64,000 nucleotides of DNA, taken from NCBI RefSeq assembly GCF_009914755.1, contig NC_060927.1. One strand, given 5' to 3'. Every line of letters begins with the position of its first letter. Positions within the stretch are counted from its first letter, which is position 1. The stretch is from the human T2T-CHM13v2.0 reference genome, Homo sapiens. This document shows, one piece after another, positions 41,411-57,269 of this stretch. A program made the position numbers and the translations under genes. The notes beneath the pieces are model-generated. The model ran no database searches and was not told where the DNA came from. It saw only the letters and a list, made by a program, of their open reading frames with translations.

Positions 41411-41470
41411 GAGTATGTTCTCTAGAGTATGGGACCAGAATTCCGAGTACGTTCTCTAGAGTATGGGACC
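41411..41470. repeat. 26-bp direct repeat separated by 8 bp
   Basis: gagta(t/c)gttctctagagtatgggacc twice, spacer agaattcc. Confidence 0.9.
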
Positions 41471-41869
41471 TGCGGGCCACTGGGTGGGAAATAAACAGGA
41501 GACGCCCAGGCCCCAGCAGCCAGAGGGTTTTCTTGTGAGTTTGTGATTCTCAGGGACAGCTTTTTGGCTGGAGGACTTTGGCTGTCAGGTGTGGACTCTG
41601 CCGTGTGGACTCCATGTGGGCCTGGTTGTCTCCACACCACATCCTCCCCTGCTTCCCTAAGGGTCAGATGAAGAAAGAGAGACTTCTAGACTAGGTTCCA
41701 GGGACTGAGACAGCAAGTGGTCACAGAGCCCAGCACCTCCAAAACAGGAGCTGCACTCGGAGAGCAGCTGGTGCCCCCAGAGACCAACAGCAAGGGGCAG
41801 TGTTTCAAGGAGTGTTGGGGGCCGAAGAGCCCTTCCTGGGTCACTCTTCCATTAAGACTGAAAGTAGGG

Positions 41870-42172
<303 letters not shown>

Positions 42173-42359
42173 GACTGAAAGTAGGGAGGGCAGGGATGGG
42201 CCCTTTTATCAGTGGCCTTTATGGTTACAGAGGGGGCTCCAGGGAGAAGACTAAACAACCTTCCTCAGCCTCCGCAGCCTCCGCAGGCAAAGCATAGACA
42301 CCCTTTCCCAGCAAGAGGAGTGAGGCTCACTCCCAGTGAACTGCATCCTACTTGGCCGT

Positions 42360-42494
42360 TGATTTTGTGTGTGTGTGGAGTCGGGGGGGGTCTCATTATG
42401 TTGCCCAGGCTGGTCTCGAACCCCTGGCATCAAACAATCCTCCCACCTCAGCCTCTTGAAGTGTTGGGATTACAGCAGGAGCCACCATGCCCGG
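42360..42494 (-). mobile_element. Alu monomer (FLAM-like)
   Basis: Single left-arm monomer. Confidence 0.8.
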
Positions 42495-42659
42495 TAATTT
42501 TTGTCACTTGTTCTATTAGGGGAAATCATGTGAAACCGCTATTTTTATAAGTTGAAAAAACAGTGAAATACTGCCAATTTTGTATATGCTTAATATATAG
42601 AGCTGAATTTAAGTTAGGAATAGGTATTCCCAGTTTAGGGTATCTATTTATGAACCTTT

Positions 42660-42910
42660 CCCGTAGCCGCCATTCCTGGAGCGCCTCCTACAGGTCAGCC
42701 ACCAAACAGAGCACTTACCATGTGTGTCTGATTGTATTCTCACAGCAGCCCGGAGTATGCACAATTATTATCCCCATTTTACAGGTGAAGAAAGAGAGGC
42801 ACAGAGAGACCAGGAACACACAGCTAGTGAGTGACAGAGGTGGGACGTAGACCTACATCTGTCTGAACTGTGAACCTGTGTCTCTGACCCTGGTGCACGC
42901 TGCTCTCCCA
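42660..42910 (-). mobile_element. MIR SINE
   Basis: attattatccccattttacaggtgaagaaagagaggcacagagag. Confidence 0.78.
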
Positions 42911-42982
42911 GGGTCCTCTGTGTAGCCTCCCGGGGACGGAGCGGGGAGTGAGCACTGGAATTTGGGTTAAAGAACCTATTCA

Positions 42983-43300
42983 GGGCTGGGTGCGGTGGCT
43001 CACGCCTGTAATCCCAGCACTTTGGGAGGCCGAGGCAGGTGGATCACCCGAGGTCAGGAGTTCAAGACCAGCCTGGCCAACATTGTGAAACCCCATCTCT
43101 ACTAAAAATACAAAAATTAGCTGGGCGTGTTGGCAGGCACCTGTAATCCCAGCTACTTGGGAGGCTGAGACAGGAGAATCGCCTGAACCCAGGAGGCAGA
43201 GGTTGTAGTGAGCCGAGAGCTGAGATCACACCACTGCACTCCAGCCTGGGAGACAGAGCGAGACTCTGTCTCAAAAAAAAAAGAAAGAAAGAAAGAAAGA
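42983..43300 (+). mobile_element. Alu SINE with (GAAA)n tail
   Basis: Forward dimer; TSD aacctattcag. Confidence 0.95.
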
Positions 43301-43346
43301 AAACCTATTCAGAGAGCTCTGGACCAAGTGGCCCCTATGTGACAAT

Positions 43347-43550
43347 CAGGGTCAAAGATAGACTTTTTGGCGTCTAAAGCGGATATAATTTGTGGGACCC
43401 TCTTTAGGAAAGATGATATGAAAAATCTTAGTTTTGCAAATTTTGCACAAAATATATGTCCATAATGAGCATTTTGCTACGACTGCTCCCTGGCTTTAGA
43501 AGGGACTTGTGTAAGGGAGGGATCCTGAAGCTTAAGCTACATTATCCAGG
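43347..43550. mobile_element. hAT-Tip100 MITE (MER91-like)
   Basis: ataatttgtgggaccctctttagg...ttttgcaaattttgcacaaaa...cctgaagcttaagct. Confidence 0.5.
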
Positions 43551-43975
43551 TTCTGACATGCAGAGGGTCCGGGGTCCGCTGGTCTGTGTGTATAAAACCT
43601 TAACTCCTTGTTGGCCATGTCCTTGGCAAAGGGCACCGCTGCTTCCTGTCGTGGCCACCAGGTGGAGGCGCTCCCTTGGGAACTGTTTGCAGAGGTGCCT
43701 CACCCTCCCAGTTCCCTTCCTTGGCATTCTCTGCACCAGTGTGGCTCCCCGCTGTTACCCTCAGGGCCACCTCTGATCTGAGGGAGGAGTGGTCGCTGAT
43801 GAGGCCTTGTCTGCATCCTGTGGCCTCCCCTTGCAAAGAATAACTCGCAGGGAAAGGAAAGTACAGCAGCTGGAGGCAGCATGTGGATTCTACCTGCATT
43901 ATACCAAGGAGGAAACTTTTGTTCCCCCAGGCATCCCTGACCTTATAGAAAATTCCACAAGTTAAAAGTAGGTAG

Positions 43976-44616
<641 letters not shown>

Positions 44617-44944
44617 CTTATCTTTAATTCAGATTTAAGAATAGAGGGCATGAAACTCTCGTGTAGGTAGGTGCATCTGGGTTCTGTGCTGTAGGTTTGG
44701 AGAGGAAGCTCCCGGGAGGGCCATGGCCCTGTACGTGGTCTCTCTCCTCGCAGCTGTGAGCTCCTGGAACTCAGGACTGATCTTCGTCTATTTGATACCC
44801 CTTTATCTAGCATACTGAGGTTCTCGGTGTTTCCAGAATGCATAAGAGAACAGAGTAAGAGGGGGATGGAAAATGAGAGGGAAGGAAGTGGTGAGATATG
44901 AAAGGAAAGACTGACACTGATACAACTTCTTCAAAAGAATTCTG

Positions 44945-45346
<402 letters not shown>

Positions 45347-46608
45347 TTAATTCACTCTTTTGTGAAAAAGAAAGATATACAAGTCACCAGGGTACTGGTT
45401 TAAAAAACTAACAAAACAGAAAATGTGAAAGAAAATATAAGATCTATAGAGGATCATCAATCCTAGGACTCCAACGTCTATAGTAATTGTAGAAACTAGG
45501 AACAGAAACATATAGGGGAGGGAGGAATTTTCCAAATATAAAACAAGAAAACTTGCTAGAACTAAAGAACATTTGACTTCCATCAAAGAATAATGAATGA
45601 AAAATAATTTCATCGATTGGGGTATTGGGGTATTGGGCCAAGCATATGACACAGGACTTCCTGGAGGGAAGCCCAGCCTCCTCGCCACCTGGAGATTTTC
45701 TGGTGCTCCTAGAATCAAGCATGACTAGTAAAAATATTGAGAATCCTACATGACTCTTGTTCCTTTGTAGGTGACATGTTAGTGTGTTTGTTTATATCTC
45801 TGGAATCTTGAAAAGTCTCTGAAACCCCAGCATGTTAAACTTCCATGCTGATGATGTGGGCGTGCCTGGGCAGAGTTATTTGTCATTCATTATTCTTTGA
45901 TGGAAGTCAAATGTTCTTTGGTTCTAGGAAGTTTTCTTGTTTTATATTTTGAAAAGTCTTGCCCCTGCCCCATATGTTTCTGTTCCTAGTTTCTGGGGTT
46001 ACTATTAGTCAGGCGTTGGAGTTATGAATTGATCCTCTGTAGATCTTATCTTTTCTTTCACATTTTCTGTTTTGTTAGTTTTTAAAATCTATTTTCTCAT
46101 CTACCAACCCTTCTATTTAAGTTATTTTTCAGTGATTATATTTTTCACTTCCGAGAGCTCTAGGTTGCTTACTAAATTTTCTTATTTTAGAGCTTTCTGT
46201 TCTTTTTTGTGCTCGTAATAGTTTCTCAAATTTCTCTGAAAATACAATATGTAAAAAAGTATGTAAAAATGAAGTTTTCTCTTGTTCCCAAGCTATCTTT
46301 GTTTTCTTTAGGGTCATTCTTCCTGTTTCATTTTTTTTCTCTCAGCTTTTTGTTTTAAAAATGTTCAAACACACATATAAGTTGAAAGAAGAGTGCAATG
46401 GATACTTATATATCCTTTTCTTAATCGTTATTAATTAATATTTTGCCACATTTGCTTTCTTTCTCTCTTTTTGGTTTTTTGGCTGAATTGTTTGAAAACA
46501 ACTGCAGACATCACAACATTTTACTCCTAAATATTTGTGCATTTCCTTTAAGAATAAGGACATTCTCCTTCAGGACCACAAGATTGTTATCACACCCCAA
46601 ACACTTAG

Positions 46609-46977
<369 letters not shown>

Positions 46978-47904
46978 TAATATACAATTCATATTTAAGT
47001 TCCTCATTTGTGCCCACTGTTACTTTAATAGCATTTGTTTCAGATCCTGGAACCAATCAAGAGTACATATTATAGTTCGCGATTATGTTTCCTTACTCTT
47101 TTTTAACCTAGAACAGTCCCCTTCCCCTGCCCCTTACCAATATTTTGGTGGTTTTTTATGTCATTACATTTCTGAAGAGCTCAGGCTAGCTCTCTTGTGG
47201 AAATTTCTACACTCTGGATTTATCTAATTGTATAAAGCAGGTTCGGCATTTTTCTAAAGAACACTTCCTAGTTAATTTTAAGATGGCGTGACATCAGGAA
47301 GCAGGTGCTTCCTCGTGATTAGATCCCGCCTGTGCACTGTCAGCAGCAACATCACATGCATAAAGCTGCATCCTTTTCAGGGCAGCACACTCAGGGACCC
47401 ACATGTCCGCCTGCTTTTCATGGCTGATGTTGATTTTGACTACCCAGTCAAGGTGCTGCCTGCTTTATCCACTTATTTTTCCCTTGCAACTAATAAGCCA
47501 TTTGGGGGGAGAAATGTTAAGACTATGTAGATATTCTGCTCTTCGTCAAACTTTGTACTGTTGATTTATCACCCATTTTCCTGACCTAGGCCATATCCTG
47601 CTGGTTGTAAAATGATGGTTTTCAAATTTAACCACTCCCTCTACATTGATCAGCACTTTCTGGCTCTACAAGATGTTCTAGACTCATCTTGTACTTTCCA
47701 TATCCTAGTCCTAGAATCAGCCACTTCTCCAAGAATCCCTGGTTCTTTGAAGTGGTTGCCTTTATTATTGGAGGATACTTTCACTGGATATTAAATAGGT
47801 TATAGGTTGGCAGTCTCCACTCAGCCTTTGGTACTTTGAAGATGTTCCATTGTTTCTTGGCATTATTTATGATGAGGTCAGTGTTTTGTCGTGGTTTCAT
47901 TAAA

Positions 47905-48208
47905 CTTTTTTTTTTTTTTTTTTGAGACAGAGTCTCACTCCAGCCCAGACTGGAGTGCAGGGGCACGATTTTGGCTCACTGAAACCTCCACCTCCAGGGC
48001 TCAAGGAATCCTCCCACCCTAATTAGCCTCCTGAGTAGCTGGGACTACAGGCATGTGCCACCAGGCCCAGCTAATTTTTGTATCTTTTGTAGAGACAGGG
48101 TTTCGCCATGTTGCCTAGGCTGGACTGAAACTCCTGGACTCAAGTGATCCACCTGCCTCAGCCTCCCAAAATGCTGGAATTATAGGTGTGAGCCACAGCA
48201 CCCCGTCC
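47905..48208 (-). mobile_element. Alu SINE (AluJ-like)
   Basis: Reverse dimer. Confidence 0.92.
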
Positions 48209-49897
48209 TAAACATTTTTTTCGTTCGATGTTTCATTTTTCTCTGACCGCTTTTACAATTGTTTTACTTATCTTCGGTTTTTAGTATTTGAGCTTCTTGG
48301 ATCTGTGTGGTGATATTTTTTCATTATATTTCTTCAAATACACTTTTTTCCTGCCACAGTGTCTCACCTCCCCTACTGGGACTTCAGTTACACGCATGTT
48401 AGACTGCTTAATGTCCCACAGGTCACGAAGGCTCTGTTCACTTCTTTGCAATCTTTTTGTTTCTCTCCGTGATTCACTTTGGATAGCTCTGTTGCCTTCC
48501 CTTCAAATTTATGGACTTTTTTTCCTGCAGTGTCTGATCTGCGCTTAAACTCATTCAGTAAATGTTTCACTTCTGATACTGTATTTTCTAATTCTAGAGT
48601 ATCCATTTTGTCCTTTTCCATAGTTTCCATTTATCTAATCAGTTTCCCCATTTGTTTACTATATTCAGCTTTTCCCTTTAAGTCCTTAACCATATTTGAA
48701 CATATTTATAATGGATGTTTTAAGATCTGTGTCTGTTAATTCCAGCATCTCTAACATTTCTTGGTTTGTTTTTCTCAACTTTTTTTTCTCCTGATTATGT
48801 GTTACATTTTACTGCTAGTTCACCTCTTCAGTGATTTTTTTTTAATTGTATGTGTTACATTATAGACGCTGTGTTGTTGGGATTATGTGGTTTTCCTTTA
48901 AAATGTGTTGGGGTTTGTTTTAGCAAGCAATCAATTTACTGGTAGATCAGCATTTTTTTTTTTTTGAGGCTTGTTTTAAGCTATGTTAGGGCTGATTGAG
49001 ATTACTCCTTTCTTTTACTAGGAATAACCTTAGGAGAGAATAGCTCTATTCCCAAGATGTGGACTTTCTGAAGGTTTGACCAAATTCTGTACTGCCCAGC
49101 TACTCTGGCTAGTTGGAACTTCCGTGTCTCTCAGTACTGTGAGAACTCTGTGTAGCTCCCGACTCCCTAACATCTGTCCTCTACCGTGCCTTGCACACGA
49201 ACGCAGAAATGAGTCTGCATTCTCAGTTGAGTATTTAGCTCAAGACTTAAGGGGAATCCTATGTCGATTTCCGCAGCTCCTTCTCTGTGCAACTCTCTCT
49301 TTTCGGTATCCTGCCCCACAACTTTCAGCTGCCTCAGAAGGCTTAAAATCAAATGTCTGCCTTCTCAGCTCAATGAGCTCACTGTGCTGTACTTGGGCTC
49401 TGCCTTTCTGTACTGTGGTCTAGAACATGGATCTCACATGGATTTCTCTTTTCACAGGGATCCCGGTTTTGTACTACCTGTTGCCCAATATCTGAAAAAA
49501 ATTTTATTTATATATGTCATCTAGTTTTTATTGTTTCCAATGGCAAGAAGGCTAGTCCAGTACTAGTCTCTCATGTCTAGAACTGTTAAGAAATTTTAAA
49601 TGCCAACTACTGTACAACTTTTGAAAAAGCACACTTTTTGAATTCTTATTTCTTCTGTTAGCTTTGGTAAATTTTATTAGAAAGTTGACTAATTTATCCA
49701 AAGTGCAAACTATACTGGTGTAAAGTTGTTTATAATATCCTCTTATTATCTCTTAATGTTTGTAGGATCTGTAGTGATTTCCCGTTTTTTATTCCTGACA
49801 TTGCTTTTATGTGTATATGTATTTTTTTTTCCTTTTTTCTTGGTCAGTGTTACCAAGAGCTTACTAATCTTTTCATTGAACACTTGGCTTTGTTGGT

Positions 49898-50004
49898 CTT
49901 CTTCTTCCTCCTCCTCCTCCTCCTCTGCCTCCTCCTCCTCTTCTTCTTCCTCCTCCTTCTCTTCCTCCTCCTCCTCCCCCTCTTATTCTTATTCTTCTTC
50001 CTCT
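49898..50004. repeat. (TCC/TCT)n polypyrimidine trinucleotide repeat
   Basis: Direct. Confidence 0.92.
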
Positions 50005-50531
50005 TATTTTTATTCCATGGATTTCTGCTCTTATATGTATTTTCTATTTTCTCTCTTGTACAGCTATTCTGTTACTAGTTTTTGAGTTGGAAACTTAGAT
50101 GACTGGTTTTTAGCCTTTCTTCTTTCCTAACATATGCATTCCAGGCTCTACATTCCCCTCGAAATGCTGCTTGAGCTGAATTATGTAAGTTTTGGTATGT
50201 TATATTTTCATTACCATTCAGTCTGAAATATTTTACAATTTTTGATGTATTTCTTCTTTGATCCACAGATTATTTAAAAGTATATTGCTTAATTTCCAGG
50301 CAATTGGAAATATTTGAATTATCTTTTTGTTATGGATTTTTAAAGCTTAATCCACTATAGTTAGAAAATATGCTCTGAATGGTTTAAGTCTTTTGAAATA
50401 TATTGGAGAATCTGTTATGGCCTAGCACGCGGTCAATGTTAATACATTTTACATGTTCACTTGAAAAACTACGATAAGTATTTTGTCATTATTGAGTGTA
50501 AAGCTCTATATGTATCAACTGGGTCAAGTTT

Positions 50532-51134
50532 GTTTGTTTGTTTGTTTCCCTTCTTTTCCTCTATGAAGAAGAGTATATAAGCATGAAGACTTTATTGGGT
50601 TATTGGGTAATAATTCTGCAATTCCCCTCTCATGAGTGTTAAATAATTTTTATGCCTTTTTCTTTTTTTAATCTGTGTATTGTCAGTTACACAGCAACTG
50701 ACAAACCTTCAGAGAATAAGGGGAAGCTTTCCTTTCTCTCCTACAAGTAGCACTGAAGAACCAGTTTGTAAAGTTCACATAATTTTTATTGTTACCTTTT
50801 AAATAGTTTACAGATTATTCTAAGAAAATCTTTTAATGTATCTCCATGACATTTTATAACACAAAAAAGAAAAATGCTAATTGTATGTATATTATAAAGT
50901 TTTACCATCATTTCTAAATTAAAAAGTATTAAATTGAGATCGAAACCACCTTTGCAAAATTATGACACTGAAGCAGTTTCATTGTCTGGGGTGAATACCT
51001 GGGGTTCGTCATCTTTTGTTAAGAAAATTTAGGACACAAGGAGTTTAGGAGCGGAGGTTTAATAGGCAGAAGAAAGAGAAAGGAGAACAGCTCTCTCTCT
51101 AGTGAGAGAGAGGGGCTCTGGGAAGGGAAAGATG
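50532..51134 (-). other. TSD-flanked retroposed insertion: LTR-derived 5' part, AT-rich unassigned 3' part, AATAAA, (CAAA)n tail
   Basis: 14-bp TSD actgggtcaagttt at 50518-50531 and 51135-51148; tail tgtttgtttgtttgttt; tttatt at 50591-50596. Confidence 0.75.
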
Positions 51135-51547
51135 ACTGGGTCAAGTTTTTAAGTGTGTTGTTCATACTTTTATATCCTTATCAGTTTTTTTGGTGTGTAT
51201 ACCTTTTCTATCAAGATGTTGAGCGAGAAGTATTAAAATTTTCCTCTATGACTGTGAATTTGTCTTTTTCTCCTTTAGTTCTGCCTAGTTTTCTTTATAT
51301 ATTTTAAAGCTATGTTATCGGCTACATATAGATTTACGACTGTGATGTCTTCCTATTCAATTGGCCACTTTATCATTATGAAATGAACTTATTTCTACTA
51401 GAGCTTCATGGCTTAATGTCTACATTGCTTAACATTAGTATCACTATCTTTGGGTAAGCTTTTATGTGGAATATAATATTTCCATCCTTTTGCTTTCAAC
51501 CATCTGTGTCCTTCTATTTAGTGTGTGTCTTTTGTAAGCAATACTTA

Positions 51548-52205
<658 letters not shown>

Positions 52206-52704
52206 ATAAGCCATAGGCAGTATTTTTAAAACCCAGTTTGACAACATTAGCCTCTTACTTGCAATATTTAGTCCATTTGCATTTACTGTTATTCCAGATA
52301 AGGTTTGGTTTACAATTACTCTCTGTTTGCATGTTATTTGACACATCTGTTTTATGTCTCTTCTTTTCTTCCTTTCTTGGCTTCTTTTAGATTAATAAAA
52401 TATTTTTTATAATTATTTTTTCTCGTATTAACTTACAGTTATGCATTCTTTTACTATTCTTTGAGTTTTGCACTAGAGATTATCACATAGGATGACCACT
52501 TGATTTTCTTTACTTTGTATGTGATTTGGAATTTTTGCTAACAGAATATTTTCTTTCTGTTTATAATAGCTTTACTCAGATATGTCTCAGAGGTGGCCAT
52601 TCTGGTCAATTTTCTTGTGTATATAAATACATTCAACATCTAGATTTAGTCCTTTTTTAATTCCAGAAAGTTTTCTTAGATTATAATTTTCATGGTTAAA
52701 CACT

Positions 52705-53007
<303 letters not shown>

Positions 53008-53018
<11 letters not shown>

Positions 53019-53055
53019 AACCTTAACTACTCACGTCCAGCCAACCTTAACTACT
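53008..53055. repeat. Perfect 24-bp tandem duplication
   Basis: cacgtccagccaaccttaactact x2. Confidence 0.95.
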
Positions 53056-54280
53056 TTTAAGTGTACAATTTGATGGGTTTTGACAAATAATTTATAGTTG
53101 TGTGATCATTGCCACAATCATTATTGGATTATAGTTTTAAATATTACTTCTGTCCCATCGTTTTGTTTTGCTTTTTAGGCAATTCTAATTATATGTACAG
53201 TATATAATTTTTTGTTTATTTTCTATAGCTATCACTTTTTTCTCTGATTGTATTTTACCTGTTTATTTGTTTTTGTTTTCCTGCCTATATCCCTTATTAT
53301 ATTTTCAGTTGAAGGTGAATCTATTTGCCTTTAGGCATCTTGTGATTTAATCTTTATTTCTGAAAAGGTTTAATTTTTTCTTTTACTTTTTTCCTGAGTT
53401 TTATTAACTCACTTCATGAGTTATTTTTGTCCATTTCTGTCCTGATTTTTTGAATTTTGGTGTTCTTTTATATCTGTAAATACCTGTCTAATAATATTTA
53501 ATTCATATTAGACACTGTGTCATAATTTTCCTGTCTCTTAGTTGTTTTGGCAGGTAAGAAATTCATTAGTTGAAGATAGTAGCCTCTGACTTTCTGTTTT
53601 CTTCTCATAGTGGCTTTGTGTAAGTGCTGCATGTCATTTTTGTTTACTCAAAAGTATATTGAATTTTTCTGGCCTATCAATAACAAGTGTTTCTTTGTGA
53701 GATGGGGATGAAGGACTTGAGTGGCTTACTAAGATTCTTCGTTCAAGAATGCCCTCTTCTATTGGTACCGTGAAGTTCAATTTTCATGAATAGATGGTGC
53801 TTTTGTGAGAGAGAGGTTGGTATGTCTTTTGATTCTGATTCTCTTTTGTTTCTGTGCGACTCTGGCTTTCCACCAGTTTGTTCCTTTCTTTTCTTTACCT
53901 CTCAGTTTCTTTACCTTCTACGTTGATTTCCTCTCCCCAGACGTGGTGACTTTCCAAGACTGTACTTCCAGTCCTGTGCACTTCCAAAGCCTCTTCCTCG
54001 GGGCTCCTCAGCAGCTACTGCTGACTCACCAGATCTATTCTCAGTACTTCTCCACTCAAGATGAGTGGATCGCAGACCTAGTAGTTTCCTCCACTCATTG
54101 TAGCATCCTACATGGAGTGATTTGAGGAACTGCTAGAAGATTTCGAGCAGAGAGAAGTGATTTTATTTGACTTGTGTTTTGAAGGGATGACTCTGGCTGA
54201 TGGGTGAAGAACAGATTGGGGAGGGGCAAGGATGGAAGCAGAAAGTGTAGCTCGGGTGGCTATTACAATAATCTACATGA

Positions 54281-54586
<306 letters not shown>

Positions 54587-54903
54587 ATTTATTCTTTAAG
54601 TGTAGGAGTGTGTGACTTCACTCTTGCTGGGCATCGCCTTAGGTGCTGTTTATAATGTGGTATCTTATCGCTACAAAGAGCCCGTTTTGTCAATCTTATG
54701 ATCTGTATTTTAACATTAATGCTGGTTAGTTGTATCTAAACTGCAAAAGGGAGGGGATATAATAGAGCGTGTCCAACCTCACATTCCATCATGGCCAGGA
54801 GCTCGGTTTTAAGGTTTTTCTGGGGTCCTCTTGGCCAAGAGGGTGTCTATTCAGTCAATGGTGGGAGGGAGGAGAAGGCCTAGAATTTTATTTTTAGTTT
54901 GCA
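54587..54903 (-). mobile_element. MER4-group ERV1 LTR, 5' portion
   Basis: Minus strand begins tgcaaactaaaaataaaattctagg...ctcttggccaagaggaccccagaaaaaccttaaaacc. Confidence 0.8.
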
Positions 54904-56013
54904 ACGGAGGAACTTCTGAACTATTCAACAGGCAGGCAGGGCAGGCCTTGGACCATCTATTTCACTGCTGAGTCTGGAATTGGTAGAGTGTGTATGGAAA
55001 GGAGGACCTCAGGGAGCAGATCCAGCCACTCAGTGGACAGGGTTTAGCTTGAGCAAAGCGGGCTATGGTCCACAGTGGAGCTAGTCCTGTAAAGACACTA
55101 GGCAGAGTCTTGGGGCCAACTGCAGGGGCCATGAAGCAGAGCTCACACCCAGGTAAGGCCCTGGGGGTAGGTGATTGTGACTTGTGGGTGACCAGGTGGC
55201 AGGCCCTGGGGCAGTTCCCTTCAGAGCCAAGGCCCACCAGGTCGGGAGACTGCAGGCTGTCACTTGTGGGCTGGTCCTTTTGGGATCTAGAGCTGCAGTG
55301 GGCTCAGCAGGGGATGCAGGGAGCTTTGGCTGCAGGAAAGGAATTATCATATAAGGATACTGGCAGATTGCATGGAACCTAAGGATAGGAAGAGACGGGC
55401 CCTCGGGAGGATTAGGGAACTGGAAGGCAGGCACCAAGTTCCTTTCTCTCATTGTGGTGCCTATGCATCCTCTGTCTCCCTGGCTCTGCCAGATCTCTCC
55501 AGTACTCTTCTGTCTGCCTGGGTCGCTACCCTTTCCTTTCTCTTAGCTTTCTCTACTTTGCCTCAGGCCCAATAAAATCTGCCTCATTCTCTGAGATCTA
55601 CAGGTGAAGGGCCCATGGAGTTTATCTCAGTCTCATGAGAGGGAACCAGTTGGTAACATCCACACCCCATGCATTTTGCATCCTCATATTGGGGACCAGG
55701 CAATCAGTTTGAGAGGTGACCTTGTCCAGTCATGGCCCCCAGGGTTGTGGGAGAAGGAATCTCTAAGAAGAGGGCATGGTCAGGAGAAACGATGAGTGGT
55801 TTTAGTTTTTGATCCACTTCGGGCAGTTTGCAGAGTAAGAATCTCTGCCCAGGCCCCACTGGGTTCACCAGCTTAGAATCCCTTTTACTGTCTTATTAAA
55901 TTAACTTTTATTTTGTCGTAGCTTTTTGTAGACATATCAATTACATCAATAAGATGCATCCATTTTAAGTGCATAATTCAAAAAGGAAAATCACCCAGGA
56001 AAAGCAGAGCTCG

Positions 56014-56417
56014 TGTGTTCGTCTGTTTCCTGTTGGTTATAACAAAACACCTGAAACAGGAAATTTATAAAGAAAAGAAATTTATTTCTTACAGTTCTGG
56101 AGGCTAAGTTCAAGACTGAAGGGCCACATCTGGTGAGGGCCTTCTTGCTGGTGGTGACTCTCCATAGAGTCCCAAGGTGGCACAGGGCATCTCATAGTGA
56201 GGGGGCTGAGCATGCCAGCTCAGATCTCACTTCCTCTTCTTATAAAGCCACCAGTCCCACTCCCATGATAACCCATTAAGCTATGAATAGATTAATCCAC
56301 CCATGAGGGCAGAGTCCTCATGATCTAATCACCTCTTAAGAGCCCCACCTCTCGATGCTGCCACATTGGGGATTAAGTTTCAACATGAGTTTTGCAGGGG
56401 ATGTTACTACCATAGCA
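56014..56417 (-). mobile_element. MaLR solo LTR, MSTB-like
   Basis: Same subfamily motifs as the 6715 and 31263 copies; TSD gctcg/gctgg. Confidence 0.88.
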
Positions 56418-56699
56418 GCTGGTAAGACCAGGCACTGAGAAAATCGTCCTGTTTCCTCTGGAGTTCCCATCGAGAGCAGCTCCCCGAAGTTGTCTGTGCT
56501 ATAATGAAAGTCTGAGATCTTAATCTGGCTCTGGAATAGGATAACAGCAGCTGAAGGGGAAAAACCAGTACCTGCCGTCTCCTGCCGGATAGGAGCTGGA
56601 TGGCAGGACAAGTGGAAACCTGCTGAGGTTCCTTCACTGGGAAGGGAGTGTCATGCAAGAGACACAGAAGCCCCAAAGGGCCCACACGGAGCCACTAAT

Positions 56700-56900
56700 A
56701 GCAGGATGGGGGCAGAAGCTTTGGAGACATAAAGACCAGGACTGGATTTTCAACTCCCCCTTTCCCTAGGCATGAAACACTGGAAAATTCACTCAGTCAT
56801 CTGACACCGGGTACCTCACATAAAAATTAAGATAACAACATCTTACAGAGTGGGCGCTAAAATTAGAGATAATGTTTGCATGAATCACGGTGCTCTAAAA
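56700..56900 (+). mobile_element. MIR SINE
   Basis: gcagaagctttggagacat...aattagagataatgtttgcatgaatcacggtgc. Confidence 0.6.
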
Positions 56901-57269
56901 GCTGGCCATTGTCATCATTTTGGTCCGCGCACACACACACACGCACGCACATACACACGCACACATTAAAAAATAGACAGAGAGATAAAGTGAGTGCCTC
57001 CGTGGGTCTCTCCGAGGCATGAAGGTGCTGGATTGAATGTGCGTGGAGAATCTCAGGCAATGCTCTTACAGGTAATGGTACTGGGGGCCACGGGCCTTTC
57101 AAGGGCCTTAAGATAATGTTTCACACCTCAAATTAAATGATTGACTCAAAATACAAAATAAAAACTCTACAATTAAAATTGATGAAGGCGAAGTCATCTC
57201 CAATGCGACAAACTCATAAATGATACTTTATCCTTAGATGTAAACTCTACAAGAGTTATATAGGCTGTA

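Noticed and set aside
41411-41470. Repeat-spacer-repeat as a CRISPR-like array
   Set aside because: Only two repeats, an 8-bp spacer, mammalian context and no cas genes.
49726-50085. Poly-Ser and poly-Leu ORFs
   Set aside because: Translations of the TCC/TCT repeat inside old L1.
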